NCBI GenBank assembly: GCA_024679065.1 | Contig: JAGIQG010000003.1 | Coordinates: 109,492,001-109,556,000 of the forward strand | Reading direction: 5' to 3' | Origin: Sphyrna mokarran | Lineage: Eukaryota | DNA length: 64,000 bases | Shown here: positions 1 to 13,114 of the stretch, in pieces | How the letters are laid out: each line of letters opens with the position of its first letter | How positions within the stretch are numbered: the first letter of the stretch is position 1 | Program-made: the position numbers and the translations under genes | Notes under the pieces: generated by a model | Seen by the model: the letters and a program-made list of their open reading frames with translations, nothing else | Database searches by the model: none | Told to the model about the DNA's origin: nothing

Positions 1-99
1 ATATGAAAGTGGACACCACTTCACTCTAATACAATATTTAAAGATGCAAAGCGTGTTGGTGCTGTGAATATCCTGATTTTGCCTCTCACTCTCTTGGTT

Positions 100-1150
100 C
101 AAACATAAAGGTGACATCTACAATCTAAAAATAGTCAGCCCCTCCAATCGCTGCCTAACATAGTGATAGCAAAAAGGTTGAATTGAGGTTGTAAGGGACT
201 AGGAACGAATGTAACTTGGTAGTAGGATGTAAAGTTCTGGATGAACTGAAATTTAAAGAGGGTGCATGATGGGAAGCTTTCAAACACATCAGAACAAAGG
301 TGATGTTCTAGCAGCAGATGTGCCAAGTATTGTTACAAATGTGGAGGCAAACAGTGTGTTTTGGAAAGGTATATGATTGGAAGGTCAAATAGGATATCAA
401 GGTTGCAAACTGTCTGATTCAATCTTTGAGAATGGCAGAGTTGGTGGTGAGATGACTGAGTTTTAATATCTAATATCTCTTCCTAATATTTAGCTGATGA
501 ATAGTGTAGCACATCCAATACTGAATTTTGGACAAGTGACCTGACAGCTCGGGGATGTTAAAGGGGAAGAGAGAGCAAGTGAAATAGAAGCTTTTCTTCA
601 ATTGCTTTCATGTGGAAACTGATTCCTTATTTCTGTATGATATTGAAATGAGGTAATATACAATATGCAACCCGCCAAAGTAGATCCTTGGGGATCTCCA
701 AGCAATTGTGAAGGGGAAGGGAATTGAACTCTTAGTGGATGTGATTTGGAAGACAAAAATGACACAAAGGAAGGACAGTCCCACAAGCTGGATAATGGAG
801 GAGCAACACTGAGGAAGGTGAACTAACCAAACATATCAGAGACTGACTGCAGGTAAGTCAAGGGGGGTTAATGTGCAGCTGGCAGTTGGAAAATGGTGTT
901 TATCATTTAGATTTTGGCCCATTTTGTTGCTGCAGGGGTATTGGAAACATCATTTGTTGGCCACAAAAGGCTACGGGAAAGTTGGTCTCTGATCAGCGAG
1001 TCCAGAATATATTCACAAAATGTGGCAAGGGAAGGCAGGTGGGAAATGGGGCAGTGGTTTTCAATGATAGAGCAGATGTTTGAGGAAGCAAATGATAATG
1101 GCAGCTTTGAAAGAGAAGAAAAGTGCAAAAAGAGAGGGAATTTTTTAAAA
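100..1150 (-). mobile_element. Old, decayed LINE fragment (L2-like)
   Basis: Purine-rich plus strand resembling antisense L2 ORF2; no intact ORF; boundaries approximate. Confidence 0.4.
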
Positions 1151-1183
1151 TGACACTACCAGTACAGCAAATTATATTGTCAT

Positions 1184-1508
1184 AGAATCATAGAATTCCT
1201 CCTGCACAGAATAGGCCATTCAGCACATCCAGTCTGCACCGACTCTCTGACGAAGTATCTTACTCAGGTCCTATCCATGTAACCCCACACATTTACCATG
1301 TCTAATCCATCTAACCCACACATCATGGGATTCTAAGGGACAATTTAGCATATCCAATCTACCTAACCTGCACATCTTTGCATTGTGAGAGGAAACTGGA
1401 GCACCCAAAGGAAACCCACATGGACATGGGACAAATGTGCAAACTCCTCACAAACTCCAGTCTCCAAGGCCAGATTTGAACCCAGATTCCAAAGCTGTGA
1501 GGCAGCAG
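1184..1508 (-). mobile_element. V-SINE (HE1-like, tRNA-derived), 5'-truncated
   Basis: Reverse complement of the V-domain core (caatttagc...acctaacctgcacatctttg...ggaaactggagcaccc...tgtgaggcagcag) with a tagaatcatagaat tail. Confidence 0.85.
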
Positions 1509-1763
1509 ATTCTTTCTTTATTGAGATCTAAATAACTCGAGAGGAGACTCACAAACTGATGCCTATGGTGAACGGAATGAGTGCCAAAATTCCTGGCACT
1601 AACACTGAACCTAATTAAATATCAACCAATGTATACCATACCAGTGTTGTAGTAATTTGTGAAATCTTACAGACATCCTCCGGGTTTGGGTGGAGATGAA
1701 TTGCATTACTATGGGTGTTGGCCATGGGAAGATGCAAAGATAGTCTAATGAGCCTGTGGAGAA
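1502..1763 (+). repeat. Diverged direct duplicate of 2890-3150
   Basis: Colinear match, e.g. gatctaaataactcgag and tgtgaaatcttacaga...gggtttgggtggagatgaattgcat...gagcctgtggagaa. Confidence 0.9.
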
Positions 1764-1964
1764 AGGTGCTGTCCTTAACTGTGCCAATATACTGCCTTTC
1801 CATTAGACAGGAGTTGGAAGAATGGAAATTATGAGAAGGGCGACAGAGCCAGGAGTTGTCTTTATAAGGTGGAGTAGAACTAAGATATTTGTAAATATCT
1901 ATTTATAATTTTATACAGCTCATGAAAATATTAAATTTGCATGTGCTTCCTACTTACAAAGTTT

Positions 1965-2257
1965 AAGGTTTATTGATTAGTATCAAAAGTAGGCTTACAT
2001 TAACACTGCACAGAAGTTACTGTGAAAATCCCCTGGTCACCACCTTTCAGGTACACTGAGGGAGAATTTAGCACGGCCAATGCACCTAACCAGCATGCCT
2101 TTCAGACAGTAGGAGGAAACCAGAGTACCCAGAGGAGACACCCACAGACTCTGGGAGAATGTATAGTCTCCACACAGATAGTCACCCAAGGCCAGAATTG
2201 AACCCAGGTCCCTGGCACTGTGAGATAGCAGTGCTAATCACTGTGCCTCGGTGCCGC
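1965..2257 (-). mobile_element. V-SINE, near full length (subfamily with aatgtaagcctacttgtgac tail)
   Basis: tRNA-like head (cagtgctaatcactgtgcc in reverse), V-domain core and tail. Confidence 0.85.
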
Positions 2258-2889
2258 ATGTTTTGCCAAATCCTTACATTAACTCTTTTATTATATATTT
2301 GAGTCTATAGTTGTAATGGAAACTGCTTTTTCAAACACTACAGGTTCCCACTACGTTGGTGCTACCTCAATCCAGTTTTGCACCTACAGCCAGGACTGCA
2401 ATGCAACTGGTATGCAGTCACCAACTCTGCTTCTTAAACTCCGCAAGTTTTGCTGTTTAACTGTACAATGATAAAATCAATTTATATAAATGACAGCATT
2501 TATGCGTGAAATGTGTAAACTGCAAGCCCCGTTTCAGGTTGGCATTGCTTCCAAAAGCAACCAAACTTACCTTTATCGTTCATCATTGGCCATCTGTTAT
2601 TTTGTTCAGTTTTCCTTTTGTTCCTATTTGAGAGACGGGCTGTCATCACAACAATAAATAGACTACACAAGTGAAGCAGCTGTCTCTGCTGTGAGATCTT
2701 CCAGGTGCAGCAGCACAATGGGTAGCTGATATCAAAGGTGCCATGTTTACAGAAAATTCTCTGTTAATCTTTAAGGAATCCGGCTATCCTTCACAGGGGA
2801 AACAAAAGGTACCTCATTATTTTAGTGCAGTAGACTGCCTCATTGTGGTTGTAATGGTACAAAGTGTCCAAATTATTCTGAAATACAAT

Positions 2890-3150
2890 GCAGCGGATTC
2901 TTTTTTGGGATCTAAATAACTCGAGGCGAGACTCACAGACAAACTGATGCATATGGTGAACGGAATGAGTGCCAAGTGAAAACTCCTGGCGCTGAAACTG
3001 ACTCAGTACCAACCAATGTATTTCACACCAGTGTTGTGGTAATTTGTGAAATCTTACAGATATCCTCTGGGTTTGGGTGGAGATGAATTGCATCACTATC
3101 GTTGTGGGCCATGGGAAGATGCAAAGATAGTCAAACGAGCCTGTGGAGAA
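2890..3150 (+). repeat. Probable source copy of the 1502-1763 duplication
   Basis: Embedded in continuous unique-looking sequence; colinear with 1502-1763. Confidence 0.85.
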
Positions 3151-3727
3151 CTTGTCTTTGTTTCGTTAAATGGCTGATGTCATGGGACTGGAATGCCGCT
3201 GATGAAAGGTGGTTTACTCAATGAAACTCTTGTTTTCCCAATGTGTGGCATGCTGCAGGTTGCTGTGCACTGACTCACACACAAGCAAACATCCCTGCTG
3301 CTGAAAACCTGCTGTCAATAGTGTTCTTTCAAAAAAATAATCCGCACAAAGGAAGTTCCAATTGACAACTCCTCCCTCGATAAAGAAGAAATTGAATTCT
3401 GACAAGCATTAAACATTACATCAACAAGCACTCCCATGTTCTTGTTAAAATGCCTTCGTGGAATGTATCATAGTGCTTGTTAAAAAAAGCATATTGCCAC
3501 CAATAGAGTGCAGTATTGTCACACTCAGTTCAATGAGTAAGCAGTAAGAGTACCTATTCAGACATTTTGCTATCCCTATATTGAGAAATTTCCCAACAGC
3601 TCTGAGCGTGAATTAGGTACATTCATTTTTGAAATGCAAAATGAAAGATTTATTTGCCCCCATGACCTGTAATAAGCAATTAAAATTTTCACGCAATATG
3701 GACTCTGCTTTTAATAATTTCTATGAT

Positions 3728-4165
3728 GTGGAGTTACTAGTATGGGACTGAGGTAGAAGTAGAGTCGCAACACCAGGTTAAAGTCCAACAGGTTTATTTG
3801 GTAACACGAGCTTTCGGAATGTTGCCTTTCCATCAGATGAGCGAAGAGTTGGGTTCACAAACAGGGCATATATAGACACAAACTCAACTACAAGATAATG
3901 GTTGGAATGCGAGTCTTAACAAGTAATCAAGTTTTTTCAGGTGTAGACAATGTGAGTGTAGAGAGGGTTAAGCACAGGTTAAAGAGTTGTGAATTGTCTC
4001 CAGCTAGGACAGTTAGTGAGATTTTGCAAGCCCAGGCTAGTTGTGGGAGCTACAGATAGTGTGGCATGAACACAATAACGTGGTTGAGGCCATCCTTGTG
4101 TGTGAAACTTGGCTATCAGTTTTTGCTCAGCAATACTGCGTTGTCGTGTGTCACGAAGGCTTCTG
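3728..4165 (-). mobile_element. Penelope-like element 3' fragment
   Basis: RSIAEQKLIAKFHT resembles the GIY-YIG C-terminus; the terminal repeat caacaccaggttaaagtccaacaggtttatttgg is shared with the 14.5-15.5 kb copies. Confidence 0.75.
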
Positions 4166-4179
4166 AAGTCAAATCTGAA

Positions 4180-4364
4180 GGACAATTTAGCATAGTTAGT
4201 ACACCTAACCAGCACATCTTTCAGACTGTGGGAAGAAACCAGAACACCTGGAGGCAACCCACAAAGACATGGGGAAAACATGCAAACTCCACACAGTGAC
4301 TCAAGCCAGGAATCAAACCCAAGTCTCTGGCACTGTGAGACAACAATGCTAACCACTGTGCCAC
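4180..4364 (-). mobile_element. V-SINE 5' half
   Basis: gacaatttagcat...tgctaaccactgtgccac. Confidence 0.8.
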
Positions 4365-6744
4365 TTAATTTCTTATTGTTTACACCAATTGGTAATGGAG
4401 TGTGTGGTGCAGTACAACATCTATCTCTGGAACACCAGATATCTTGGAATAAATGTGAAAATTTTGACAGGACTCTGGAACTAGTTATTAATTATAAATA
4501 ATACATATGAATTAATGCAATATTTTTAAAAAAGGGCTTTTCTGACAATCAGAAGGTATAAAATGAAAAGCCCGGTGTTAATATTTTTTAATTTGCCTGG
4601 TCTTTTTTTTAACTCTTATTAACCTTACTGACATCTTTAACTAGAACTCTTAACTTTCTCAAAAACATTTTTGTTATTTTGATATTTTTTCAATAGTAGT
4701 TTGACAAGTTAACAGCAGTTCCTGAAACAAAAATGTCCATTTGTTTCTGAGTGCTTTTTAATGGTGCATTATTAAGGAGACTAGCGGACAATTTATCAAA
4801 CACAGAAAGTCTTGTTCAGCATAACCCTAATTCCCAATAGAGTAGAAGCCACGGTTTTAGGTGGAATCATTATTTTCTACAAAAGCACAAAACTCTGGAG
4901 GTTATAGCCACATCTTCTAAGTACTCTAAATTGACCACTGCACATAGATACATTGTCCAGAAGGCAATCTGAAGAGTATTTTGTCAGCTTTTAACAGCAG
5001 GCAAAAGAAAACAATAGAGTTTTCTATCAAAATATGCAAATTCCATAAACCAGGAGTCGAGTGAAAAACGAGCAATTTTCCTCAAATAAGAGGCTGGCAT
5101 TAACAAGGGGAGAAGTACTATGGGCTAAAACTCAAGTGCAGTTTCCCAAATCCTCTGATTCCAAGTTGTGTGGTGTTCTATAGGTAGACCCTATACATCA
5201 CCACACTACACACCACTCCCACCTGGTTTATATGATGGGGAATGAATTCATCGACACACGTTTTTATCAGCTCCAATCTTTGTTATAGAAGTGTGTAAAT
5301 ATTTGACTTATATAAAAATAAAATTCTTATCTTCACCTCTAATGGCCCCAAGTCCTCAACCCCCGGGTATCCCAGGCACCTCTTCCACTCTTATCTTCCT
5401 TGAACCAGTCCACTGCTTGTTCCATTCTCTTCAATCCAGTTGGTTGCCTGTACAGGATGTCCTGAAGCACTGCTCCCAACATCCACCTCACCTCCTGCTT
5501 TCCCTTTCAAAAATATTCCAAAAACATTTCCCCGCTCACTCTCATTCGACGTGATCTTCTCCACCTCCTCCCTCACCCTTTCATTGGGAAAGGAAGTTAC
5601 TTTAAGTATGTACTGAGGGAACTGTTATAAACTAGGCTGGCGGATAGTGAAATTAAATACCTGAAATTCCTCAATCATTTTTGGAGCCTGTTCTCCCATA
5701 ATGTTCTCCTTACTCCAAAATCTATTTCTGATGCACTCATTCTCCCTGACCTTTTTTTTATCCTTGTCCTCACCTCAGAATCTTCAAACCCCCTCCATCT
5801 AATCCATTCATTTATACAATAACCCCCAGATGTCAGTATCAGCTGATCCTTGCGATAAAGTTCAATTGACATTATACATCAGCTCAGGTGTTATATTCTA
5901 CTTCTTCAGAGTTCAACAAGCAGATTTGATTAAGTGTTTCCATTCTAGGTAGAAAATAAAAAATTAACTGCTTTCCAATGTCGTGAACTGTAGTTAATAA
6001 TTTTCGAAATTGCAAATTTGTCCCCTTTTAATGAAGCACGATCCTTGATGGCAATGTTAACTTTAGCAGTGTGGTTATATATTAAAAGTCAGAGCTACTA
6101 CATCTTGAACAGAGAACTGAAGATGTTTGCCCACAACCTGTAGCTTAGGCAGCACAGCAACAAGTAGTGATAACGTGCACAGGAAGAAAGTCACTAAATA
6201 ATGTTTCTTCTCAGAGCCTTTTAACCAAGGGGATGGATGGAGCTTAGAGGACATAGTGCCAAAAGCTATATCACTGAACAATAAGCTAACAGTATGACTA
6301 TAACTTGTCTCCTTATTTTGCATATTTATAAGATTGCTATTTTTAGGAACTATCTCTAACTTAAGGTAAAATGAAAGGAGTTAAATATAACTGGCCTTTC
6401 ATGAACCTATGCTGTGACTTCCCAATGGGACAATTTCTATCCAGATGTCTCTCTATTTCTTCCTTGCTGATAGATTCAAGCATTTTCCCCACTGCAGAAG
6501 TTAAGCTAACCTGCCTGTATTTACTGTGTTTTCCATTGTGAAGACCATGACAAAATACCTGTTCAAAGCCTCAGGCATTTCCTCATTTCCCATTATTAAA
6601 TTCCTTTTCTCATCCTCCAAAGGGCCAACATATTCCTTAGTCTCTCTTTTTCATTTTATATATTTGTGGTAACAGCTGTTCTCTTTACTCTGTCTTTTAA
6701 TACATGGACCACACTAGTCATGGTGTTGTCATCAGGGATTTATG

Positions 6745-7645
6745 TATCAGCTGTTTCAGCATGAGTTGTTGCAAATGGTGCTGAACATTGTGCAATCATC
6801 AGCAAACATCCCCATTCTGACCTTATGAATGTCATTGATGAAGCAGCTGAAGATGATTGGGCCTAGGACATTACCCTGAGGGACTCTTGCAGTGATGCCC
6901 TTGCATTAAGGTGATTGACCTCCAAAAACCACAATCATCTTTCTTTGCACTAAGCACGACTCCAACCAGTGGAGAGTTTCCCTCAGATCCCCATTGACCT
7001 CAGTTTTCTTAGGGCTCCAGGATGGCACATTTGGTCAAATATTCGTTGACGTTGGGGACAATCACTCTCACTTCAGCTTTTGAATTTTGCCCATATGTGA
7101 ACTAAAGCTGTAATGAAGTCAGGAGCTGAGTGGTCCAGATGGAATCCAAACTGAATGTCACTCAGCAGGTTATTGCTGAATAAGTGCTACTTGAAAACAC
7201 AGTTGATGATCCCTTCCCTCACTTTACTGATGATTGAGAGGAGACCGATAGGTGGTGATTGGCCATGTTTAATTTGTCCTGCATTTAGTTGGCAGGACAT
7301 ATCTGGGCAATTTTCCACACTGCCCTGTAGATGCTAGTACTGTAGTTGTACTGGAACAGCTTGGCTAGGGCAGCAGCACATTCTGGAGCACAAATCTTCA
7401 GTACGATTACCAGAATGTTGTCAGCACCTATTGCCTTTGAGGTTCCTCCAACCATTTCTCGGCATCACATGGAGTGAATAGAATTGACTGAAGACTGACA
7501 TCTGAGATACTGGGGAATTCCGGAGGAGGCCGAGATGAATCATCCACTTGGCATTTCTGGTTAAAGTTTGTTGTAAATGCTTCAGCTTTGTTTTTTGCAT
7601 TGATATGCTGGGCTCCTCCATCATTGAGGATGGGGATATCCATGG
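6745..7645 (-). mobile_element. CR1/L2-group LINE ORF2 fragment (pre-RT and RT region), frameshifted
   Basis: ORF 7428-7643 IPILNDGGAQHINAKNKAEAF...FNQKCQVDD; downstream minus-strand remnants of the SGVPQGSVLGP motif near 6860-6900. Confidence 0.8.
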
Positions 7646-8121
7646 AATGTAATTAAATAACTAACTTTTGAAAAACATTTTGCTTTGCTATTCTCATAAC
7701 CAAAATGGAAAACTTCACATTCCACCATGCCCCACATTATACTCAATCTGTCACTTTGTAAACTACTCGCTTAATCTGCCTATTTTATTTTCTCCACTAG
7801 GCTTGCATTCCCACCTAGATTTGTAGCATAAGCAAACTTAGATACATTACTTTTCATTTATGTCTACATCATTGCATGGATTGTAAATAGCTTAGGCCTT
7901 AGAGTTAATCCTTGCTGTATTCCATTAGTCTTTCCTTCTTTTCTATCAACAAACCTACCACTCATGCTAACATATTACCCGCAACTTCATGTGCCCTTAT
8001 CTTATACATTAACCTTTTGTGTGGCACCATATCAAATGCTGTTTGGGATCTGAATATATTACATATCCAGTAGTTCCCCTTTATCTATCCTCAAAATATT
8101 TTAATAAATTTGTCAAACATG

Positions 8122-8355
8122 CTTTCCCTTTTCAGAAAATTCTGGAAAATCTCAGCGGGTCTGACAGCATCTGTGGGGAGAAAATAAAGCCAATGTTTCA
8201 AGTTTGGATAACCCTTCATCAGAGCCACAGCAAGGATCATCCAGACTGGAAACATTGGCTGTATTCTCTCTCCACAGATGCCGTCAGACTGCTGAGTTTC
8301 TCCAGCATTTCTTATTTTTGTTTCAGATTCCAGCATCCGCAGTATTTTGCCTTTA
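8122..8355. mobile_element. Palindromic Penelope-derived (pLTR-like) repeat
   Basis: Inverted arms ctggaaaatctcagc..gtctgacagcatctgtgg and ccacagatgccgtcagactgctgagtttctccag; CTGATGA...GAAA motif on the minus strand. Confidence 0.7.
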
Positions 8356-8834
8356 TGCATTCCTTTTTTTTCTGTCTGATCAGTCTATGATTTTCTAAAT
8401 ACATTGTTAATATTTCTTTAGTAATAAATTTAACTTTTCCCCATGATCGATTTTTATTTTGCCTTTTGTTCAAAGTTTAGCTCTCTTTCTGTTATATTTG
8501 TTAATTTCTGCTAACTATCTACTCCAACTGTTATCAAATTTAGGGATTTTAACCATCACATCCACTATTCTTTGCAGCTACCTCTATGTAGGCCAGCAAG
8601 TCCTTGGGATTGTTTTTCAAGGAATTTTACTTCCTTACATTTCTCCAATGCTTTCTGATGTTAATTACCAAAAGTTCCTCACATTCATTTGTCACTTGCA
8701 TACATTTATATTTCTGGTGTGTAATTTGTTTCTGCTATTGTGAAGACAAGACTAAACCACTTGCTCAAAGTGTCTGCCAGTTCCTCATTCTCCATGATAA
8801 TTGCTCCCGTCTCTGCATCTAAGTGACCATCATT

Positions 8835-9365
8835 TAGAAATATAGAAAGTAGAAGTAGCAGTAGGCCATTCAGCCCTTCAAACTTGTTCTGCCATTGATC
8901 TTCATCATGAATTCAATACCATGATCTCCCTTCCTCCCATAGTCCTTGAAATCTTTAGCCCTAAGAGCTATATCTAATTTCTTCTTTAAATCAGACAACG
9001 TTTTGGCCTCAACTATTTTCTGTGGTAATGAATTCCACTCACGCACCACCATTTGGGTGAAGACGTTTCTCCTCACCTCAGTCCTAAAAGATTTATCCTG
9101 TATCCTCAGACTATGACCCCTAGTTTTGGATTCCCCCACCACTGGGAATGTTTTTACTGAATCTACCCTGTCTAACCCTGTTAGAACTTTATAAGGTTCT
9201 GAGATCCTCTCTCACTTTTCTAAATTCCAGTGAATATAATCCTAACTGATTTAGTCTTTCCTCATATGAAAAACTTGCCATCCCAGGAATCAGCCTGGTA
9301 AACCTTCACTGTGCTCCCTTCTTCCTCAGGACCTCCTTCCTCAGAAAAGGACACCAAAACTGCAT
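8835..9365 (-). mobile_element. CR1-clade LINE 3' end
   Basis: ORF 8870-9142 SKTRGHSLRI...FTQMVVREWNSLP, the typical CR1 ORF2 C-terminus, with a ctacttctatatttcta-type tail. Confidence 0.85.
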
Positions 9366-10860
9366 TCTCCTGGCTGGTACGCTCAAAGTTTTTTTTTGAT
9401 GGCACTTTGCTGGTTTCCAAAATCCTCCCAGTATTCAGGCTAATAATTATTAACATTATTCTTTGCAACAAAAAAAAATTTCTTTCAATTTGATACCATC
9501 CTTAATTTCCCTATTAATCCAAAAATGAATCTGTCTTGCTGATTTTTTTAAAAAATGGAATGCATTTTTGTTGAACATTTTGAATTTTTTTTAAAATAGC
9601 GAAGGAGATATTTTAACACCATACTTTCAGCCAATGTAATGAAATAGCCATGGCCAGTCTTTTGTCCTCATACCTTTGTAATTGGCTTTGTTTACATTTA
9701 AAGATCTTTGGGATGAGAATATGCCACTCTCAAACTTAATATGGAATTTATGATCACTTTTCCCTCAATGAATATTTTACTATGAACTTACTAATTCACC
9801 CTGCCTCTTGTACACGACTAGATTTAAAATTACTTTTATCCAGAGTTGGTTTCATAAAATGTTTGTTCCAGGAACATGTGAAATTATTCTGCAATCTTAT
9901 TTTCCAATTTGATGGGTTCTGATTTTGCCAATTTGATCCGTTCTGTCTAAATGAAGATTGAAAGTTAGGAGCCCATAAACCCTCCCATCAGCATTTTCTA
10001 ATTCATAAGCTCTATCCACTTTGATTCTATTTCCTGACCTGCTGAGCCAAGATCCTTTCTCATTTTTTTTAAACCAAGGAAACATCTCCTCCTTTTCCAT
10101 TTTGCTTATCTTTTTGGAGTGTTATGTACTCTGGAATATTTATTTTCTTACCCTGGTTATCTTGTAACCATGCTGCTGTAATGATGATGATTAGATTTAG
10201 AAAATGTATCTTATTTATGCTACTACTTCCTCTCTTTTAAAGTATTGTTTTTAAAGTTAAATTAGTCACAAGTAGACTTACAATGAAAAATTGCAATGAA
10301 ATTACTGTGAAAATCTGCTCATGCTTATTCATACAAGTTATCCTCATACAGAGAAAAAGCTCTTAATTTTATTTTTAACTATTATTTTCGTGGGCATTAT
10401 TTACTGATGCACTATTAGCATTAAACTTCTTTATCTGCCTTATCCAACTTCTCTTTACTCAAATTGCTACACTCCTCTTTTGCCTTGATCATTCTCTTCC
10501 ACTTTCTATACTATCCTTAATCTGACCTCTCGCTCCCCCCATTTTTGTTGCGTTGGCCTATCCAAAGTCCTGGTTAAATGGTTCACCAGGATGCCAAATG
10601 CAGCCCAACCCATTCAACTTTACTCAAAGATACGTTGATTCTGCAGAAGCTCAATCATGTCAAATTAAACACTGGCGGAGTCAACAACATTTTTTAAAAG
10701 ATCAATATTTTATTAAGCCATATGAGCACCAAAAGGTTATTGTCCCTGATTAGTACAAACAGTACATTTCCTTGTGTCTTCAGATGTGAGCAGACCATCT
10801 ACCTTGAGCATATTTTGTTTCAACCTGAATATAGGAACTGCAAAATAGCCAATTGAAACT

Positions 10861-11182
10861 AACCAGCCTGTGGAACCAGATGATTTATTGTAGACTATTT
10901 CAACCCACATTGTACTTTGGGTCATTGAGTCAGAGTCAGAAACTACCTGGAATCAGTCACTCCACCTTACTAGAATAGATTCGGTAGAACCACAATGGAA
11001 AGAGAAGTCAGTGGCACTTTGCGACAACTTGGCACAATGACAAGCACTGCTGCTTCCCAATGTCAAAGACCCAGGTTCAATTTCTGACGTGGCTCACTGT
11101 CTACGTGGAGTTTGCACATTCTCCCCATATCTGTGTGGATTTTCTCCAGGTGCTCCAGTTTCCTCCCACATTCCAAAAATGT
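10861..11182 (+). repeat. Direct duplicate A (unique flank plus SINE head), paired with 11860-12184
   Basis: accagcctgtggaa.cagatgatttattgtagactatt...ccacattgtactttgggtcattga is present in both copies. Confidence 0.9.
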
Positions 11183-11330
11183 GTTGGTTCGGTGGATTGG
11201 CTATGCTTAATTGTCCCTTAATGTCACGGTGACTAGCTAGGGTAAATAGGGTCTCAGTGGGACTGAGGTTGGTGTAGACTCAATGGGCTGAATGGCCTCT
11301 TTTTGCAATGTAGGCATTCTGATTCTAACT
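11031..11330 (+). mobile_element. V-SINE (HE1-like)
   Basis: ggcacaatg..agcactgctgc...gacccaggttcaat...gtggagtttgcacattctcccc...gggctgaatggcctc. Confidence 0.85.
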
Positions 11331-11749
11331 TAAAAATGGTGAAAATCCAACAAAAACTGATAGAGTGGCATGTGATTTTAATAAGATATGGATAATTGAA
11401 TTGAATATTTAATATTCAAACATTAAAATTAAATGCAAAATTAGTGTAATGTTTTAAAATAAATCATGCAGTTTAGGTTTGGGAAGTTGTAGGGAATTTT
11501 CCAGTGTCATATTTGAAATCTGAGCAATAAGACGCTTATTTTAAGTGTTCAACTTCCTTTCCCAGCATCTGTATCAGTGATCTCCATCTGGTAGCCAAGA
11601 CAATTACAGTATTAAACAATACTTTGGAAAGTACCTGGCAAGCGATTATCTGATTAGAAAAAGAAACTTCTAGAAACACTCAGCAAACCTTTCAGCACCA
11701 ATGGAGAGAAAACCAGGAGATCATGTCTCAGGTCAGGGACCTGAAAGTA

Positions 11750-12302
11750 GGGACCCAGGTTCGATTCCCAGCTTGGGTCCTATTTGTGTGGAGTTTGCAT
11801 GTTCTCCCTACATCTGTGCGGGTTTCCTCCAGGGGCTCCGGTTTCCTCCCACATTCTGAAACCAGCCTGTGGAATCAGATGATTTATTGTAGACTATTCC
11901 AATCCACATTGTACTTTGGGTCATTGACTCAGAGCCAGAAACTACGTGGAATCAGTCACTCCACCTGCCAGGATAGGTTCAGTAGAGTTTAAGCCATAAT
12001 GGAAAGAGAAGTCAGTGGTACTATTCAACAACTTGGCACAATGACAAGCACTGTTGCTTCCCAAAGTCAAGGACCCAGGTTCAATTCCCAGCTTGGGTCA
12101 CTGTCTGCATGGAGTTTGCACATTCTCCGTGTCTGTGTGGGGTTTCTCCTGGGACTCCAGTTTACCCTCACACTCCAAAAATGTTCCTAACCACATGCTA
12201 GTTAGGGGAAATGACCTCAACAGGTGCTGGACTGACAACTAGAGGAATTTCACAGTAACTTCATTGCAGTATTAATGTAAGCCTCACTTGTGACTAATAA
12301 AC
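11750..12302 (+). mobile_element. Composite: V-SINE head, then duplicate B (11860-12184), then V-SINE tail
   Basis: SINE breaks at cccacattctgaa and resumes after the duplicated segment, ending in aatgtaagcctcacttgtgactaataaac. Confidence 0.8.
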
Positions 12303-13114
12303 TTCAGTTTCATCAGATAACCTAACATCTGTAGTATTACGTCCTGATCATCTGCTGACATTCAATCAGAATTCCACAACAAAAGAAAGTTGACTGTTGG
12401 AGCTCAGTTAAGTATCATGAATTCTCCCACGACCATAGGGCGGATAATGACTTCAGAACAAGCTGCAACAGTAATCATGCTGACACAAACGATCCCAGAC
12501 AGACAGCAATTGATTGGACACATTTCAAGCACTTCACTAAAATACCTTTGAGCCCTACACTGAGCTCCACGAATCAAACAGCTGAAGAAATTCAAGAAAA
12601 TGCTGCATCAACAATGCGGAGAGTAACTTGCTGCAGAAAGATACAGACAAGTGAAATAGGCTAGTGTGCACCCAACAAGGTCAACTCCATCACCATTGTC
12701 AAGATGACAGATGAAAGTTGAGTTCTGCTAATTGTAAGTCTATGCTAGATCAGATTTGACAATGTTCATTTCCTTCCAGTTCCTATATATTTAGTGTCTC
12801 CCAGTCTAGAGAGATGTGGCAAAGAGCTTCATTTCCAACACTCTGGATTTATCAGCAGATTACTAATGAACAAAACATCTATATAGCGATATTTAGACTC
12901 CTAGAATGCAAGTAATCTCTCAAAGCAGGATAATTTAGACGAGTTTTCAAAAATAAGACAATGAAACGTTAAATGGCTGTTCAATTGAGCCTTAAAACTG
13001 AAAGCTGGAAAACCATTTGACTACAGGAATGCATCAATGGAAGATGACAAGAAATCTCGACCAAGCAGAGTTTCATTTTCCAATAGGTGGTCACTATAGA
13101 GAAATCAGAAGTGC

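Noticed and set aside
11031-11100. tRNA-like A/B box sequences
   Set aside because: These are heads of tRNA-derived SINEs, not tRNA genes.
12398-12569. 11-bp inverted repeat tggagctcagt/actgagctcca
   Set aside because: No TSD or further structure; cannot be distinguished from chance.
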